Assembly: GCA_016932755.1 (NCBI GenBank)
Contig: JAFGCE010000057.1
Location: 1-37,460, forward strand
DNA from: Candidatus Woesearchaeota archaeon
GTDB taxonomy: Archaea > Nanobdellota > Nanobdellia > Woesearchaeales > JAGWAF01
Direction: 5' to 3'
Length of the DNA: 37,460 nucleotides
Shown: positions 36,441 through 37,460 of the stretch, piece by piece
How positions within the stretch are numbered: position 1 is the stretch's first letter
Layout: each line of letters opens with the position of its first letter
Program-made: the position numbers and the translations under genes
The notes under the pieces: generated by a model
Seen by the model: only the letters and a program-made list of their open reading frames with translations
Told to the model about the DNA's origin: nothing
Database searches by the model: none

Positions 36441-36473
36441 CCTCTTTTTTGTTTTTTATTTTGCTTTTTCTTT
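36441..36473 (+). terminator. Oligo-T terminator after ppdK
   Basis: Consecutive T6, T6, T4 and T5 tracts right after the stop codon. Confidence 0.55.
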
Positions 36474-36519
36474 AAATTCCACAAATTTTATATACAGAAC
36501 TCTACCTTTCATTGACTAT

Positions 36520-37460
36520 ATGATACAGAATATTTTATGGGCAGTTTCATTTTTCAGCTTGTGGCTGGTTTTAATCTGGCTGCAGGTAATGTATCTGGAA
36601 GAGCCGAAGAAGCACAGATGCAAAGAAACTCCTTTGGTCACTATAGCCATAGCTGCGTATAATGAAGAAAGAACAATTGAGAAAACCATCAGCTCTATCG
36701 CAAAAGCAGACTACCCTAAAGACAAAATAGAGATTATTGTTGTGAACGACGGAAGCAGGGACAGGACAGCAGATGTTGTTGAGGAGCTTATAAAAAAATA
36801 CCCTGATTTTGGCATAAAATTAATCAGCAAGCCAAACGGAGGAAAGGCTTCTGCGATAAACAGGGCTTTGGAAGCTGCGAAAGGAGAGCTTTTCGGGGTT
36901 GTTGATGCTGACAGCAGAATAAGCCCAAACTGCATGAGAATGATGGCTCCGTATTTTGCTGAAAAAAACCTGGGGGCTGTAATAAGCAGGATAAAAGTTG
37001 ACAAGCCAAACAAGCTTCTTGAAAGAATCCAGAGATTTGAATACATAATGAGCAACATGATTAGAAAGCTCATGGCTTCAATAGGCACTTTAGCTCTTAC
37101 TCCGGGAGTTCTTTCCATATACAGGACAAAGCTGATAAGAGAGCTGGGGGGATTTGATGAAAACAGGGCAAACCTCACAGAAGATTTGGAAATTGCAATG
37201 AGGCTTAAATACAACGGATATGATGTAAAGATGGAGTCTGAAAGCATTGTGTATACTGTTGTCCCAAAGACAATAAAAGGGCTGTGGAGGCAGAGGATAA
37301 GGTGGGCCAGAGGATATATCTATAATCACGTGAAATACAAGGACATGTTTTTCTCAAGAAAACATTCGCTTTTCGGAGTGTTCCAGATGCCTGTTAATAT
37401 TCTTGTGCTTATACTGCTGATTATAAATGTGTCAATCATAAGCTGGGCATTCCTAAGCGA
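36520..37460 (+). CDS. Processive glycosyltransferase family 2 (cellulose synthase/PgaC-like), 3'-truncated by window edge
   Basis: Absent from the ORF track (no stop in window). MIQNILW.. TM helix, AYNEE, NDGS, GGKASA, DAD, TED, QRIRW (D,D,D,QxxRW). Confidence 0.92.
   Translation, partial: MIQNILWAVSFFSLWLVLIWLQVMYLEEPKKHRCKETPLVTIAIAAYNEERTIEKTISSIAKADYPKDKIEIIVVNDGSRDRTADVVEELIKKYPDFGIKLISKPNGGKASAINRALEAAKGELFGVVDADSRISPNCMRMMAPYFAEKNLGAVISRIKVDKPNKLLERIQRFEYIMSNMIRKLMASIGTLALTPGVLSIYRTKLIRELGGFDENRANLTEDLEIAMRLKYNGYDVKMESESIVYTVVPKTIKGLWRQRIRWARGYIYNHVKYKDMFFSRKHSLFGVFQMPVNILVLILLIINVSIISWAFLS

Noticed and set aside
36711..37247. 178-aa - strand ORF
   Set aside because: Antisense to the GT2 gene starting at 36520, which the ORF track omitted because it runs off the window.

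Overview
Gene-dense archaeal chromosomal segment. Archaeal markers are Orc1/Cdc6, GatDE, archease-RtcB, deoxyhypusine synthase, Cdc48, PINA, Lrp/AsnC regulators, TATA promoters and GAGGTGA ribosome-binding sites. The compact gene set suggests a DPANN (Woesearchaeota-like) host, which is an inference. The window has about 38 CDS, mostly housekeeping (smc, rnhB, serS, tsaC, tatD, pckG, ppdK, glycosyltransferases truncated at both edges), and two divergent tRNAs (iMet-CAT, Ser-GCT). I saw no CRISPR array, transposase or integrase. Many genes have a TATA box starting about 30 nt before the ATG. Used as a ruler, this points to units missing from the ORF track: (1) a candidate 10-codon leader peptide ending Pro-Ile-Pro-stop, followed by U-tracts, upstream of deoxyhypusine synthase, possibly an aIF5A-sensing attenuator; (2) downstream of cdc6, ORB-like repeats and then a transcript with a switch/pseudoknot-like 5' leader, a 39-aa ORF and a hairpin terminator; (3) a 37-aa ORF divergent from an Lrp gene. 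Other oddities are a stand-alone HPF/RaiA-like protein, a GatE lacking its AspRS-like insertion domain, a SecB-like gene before cdc48 and a PIP-box-like tail on an Lrp regulator. All calls come from reading motifs by eye; no database search or folding program was run.
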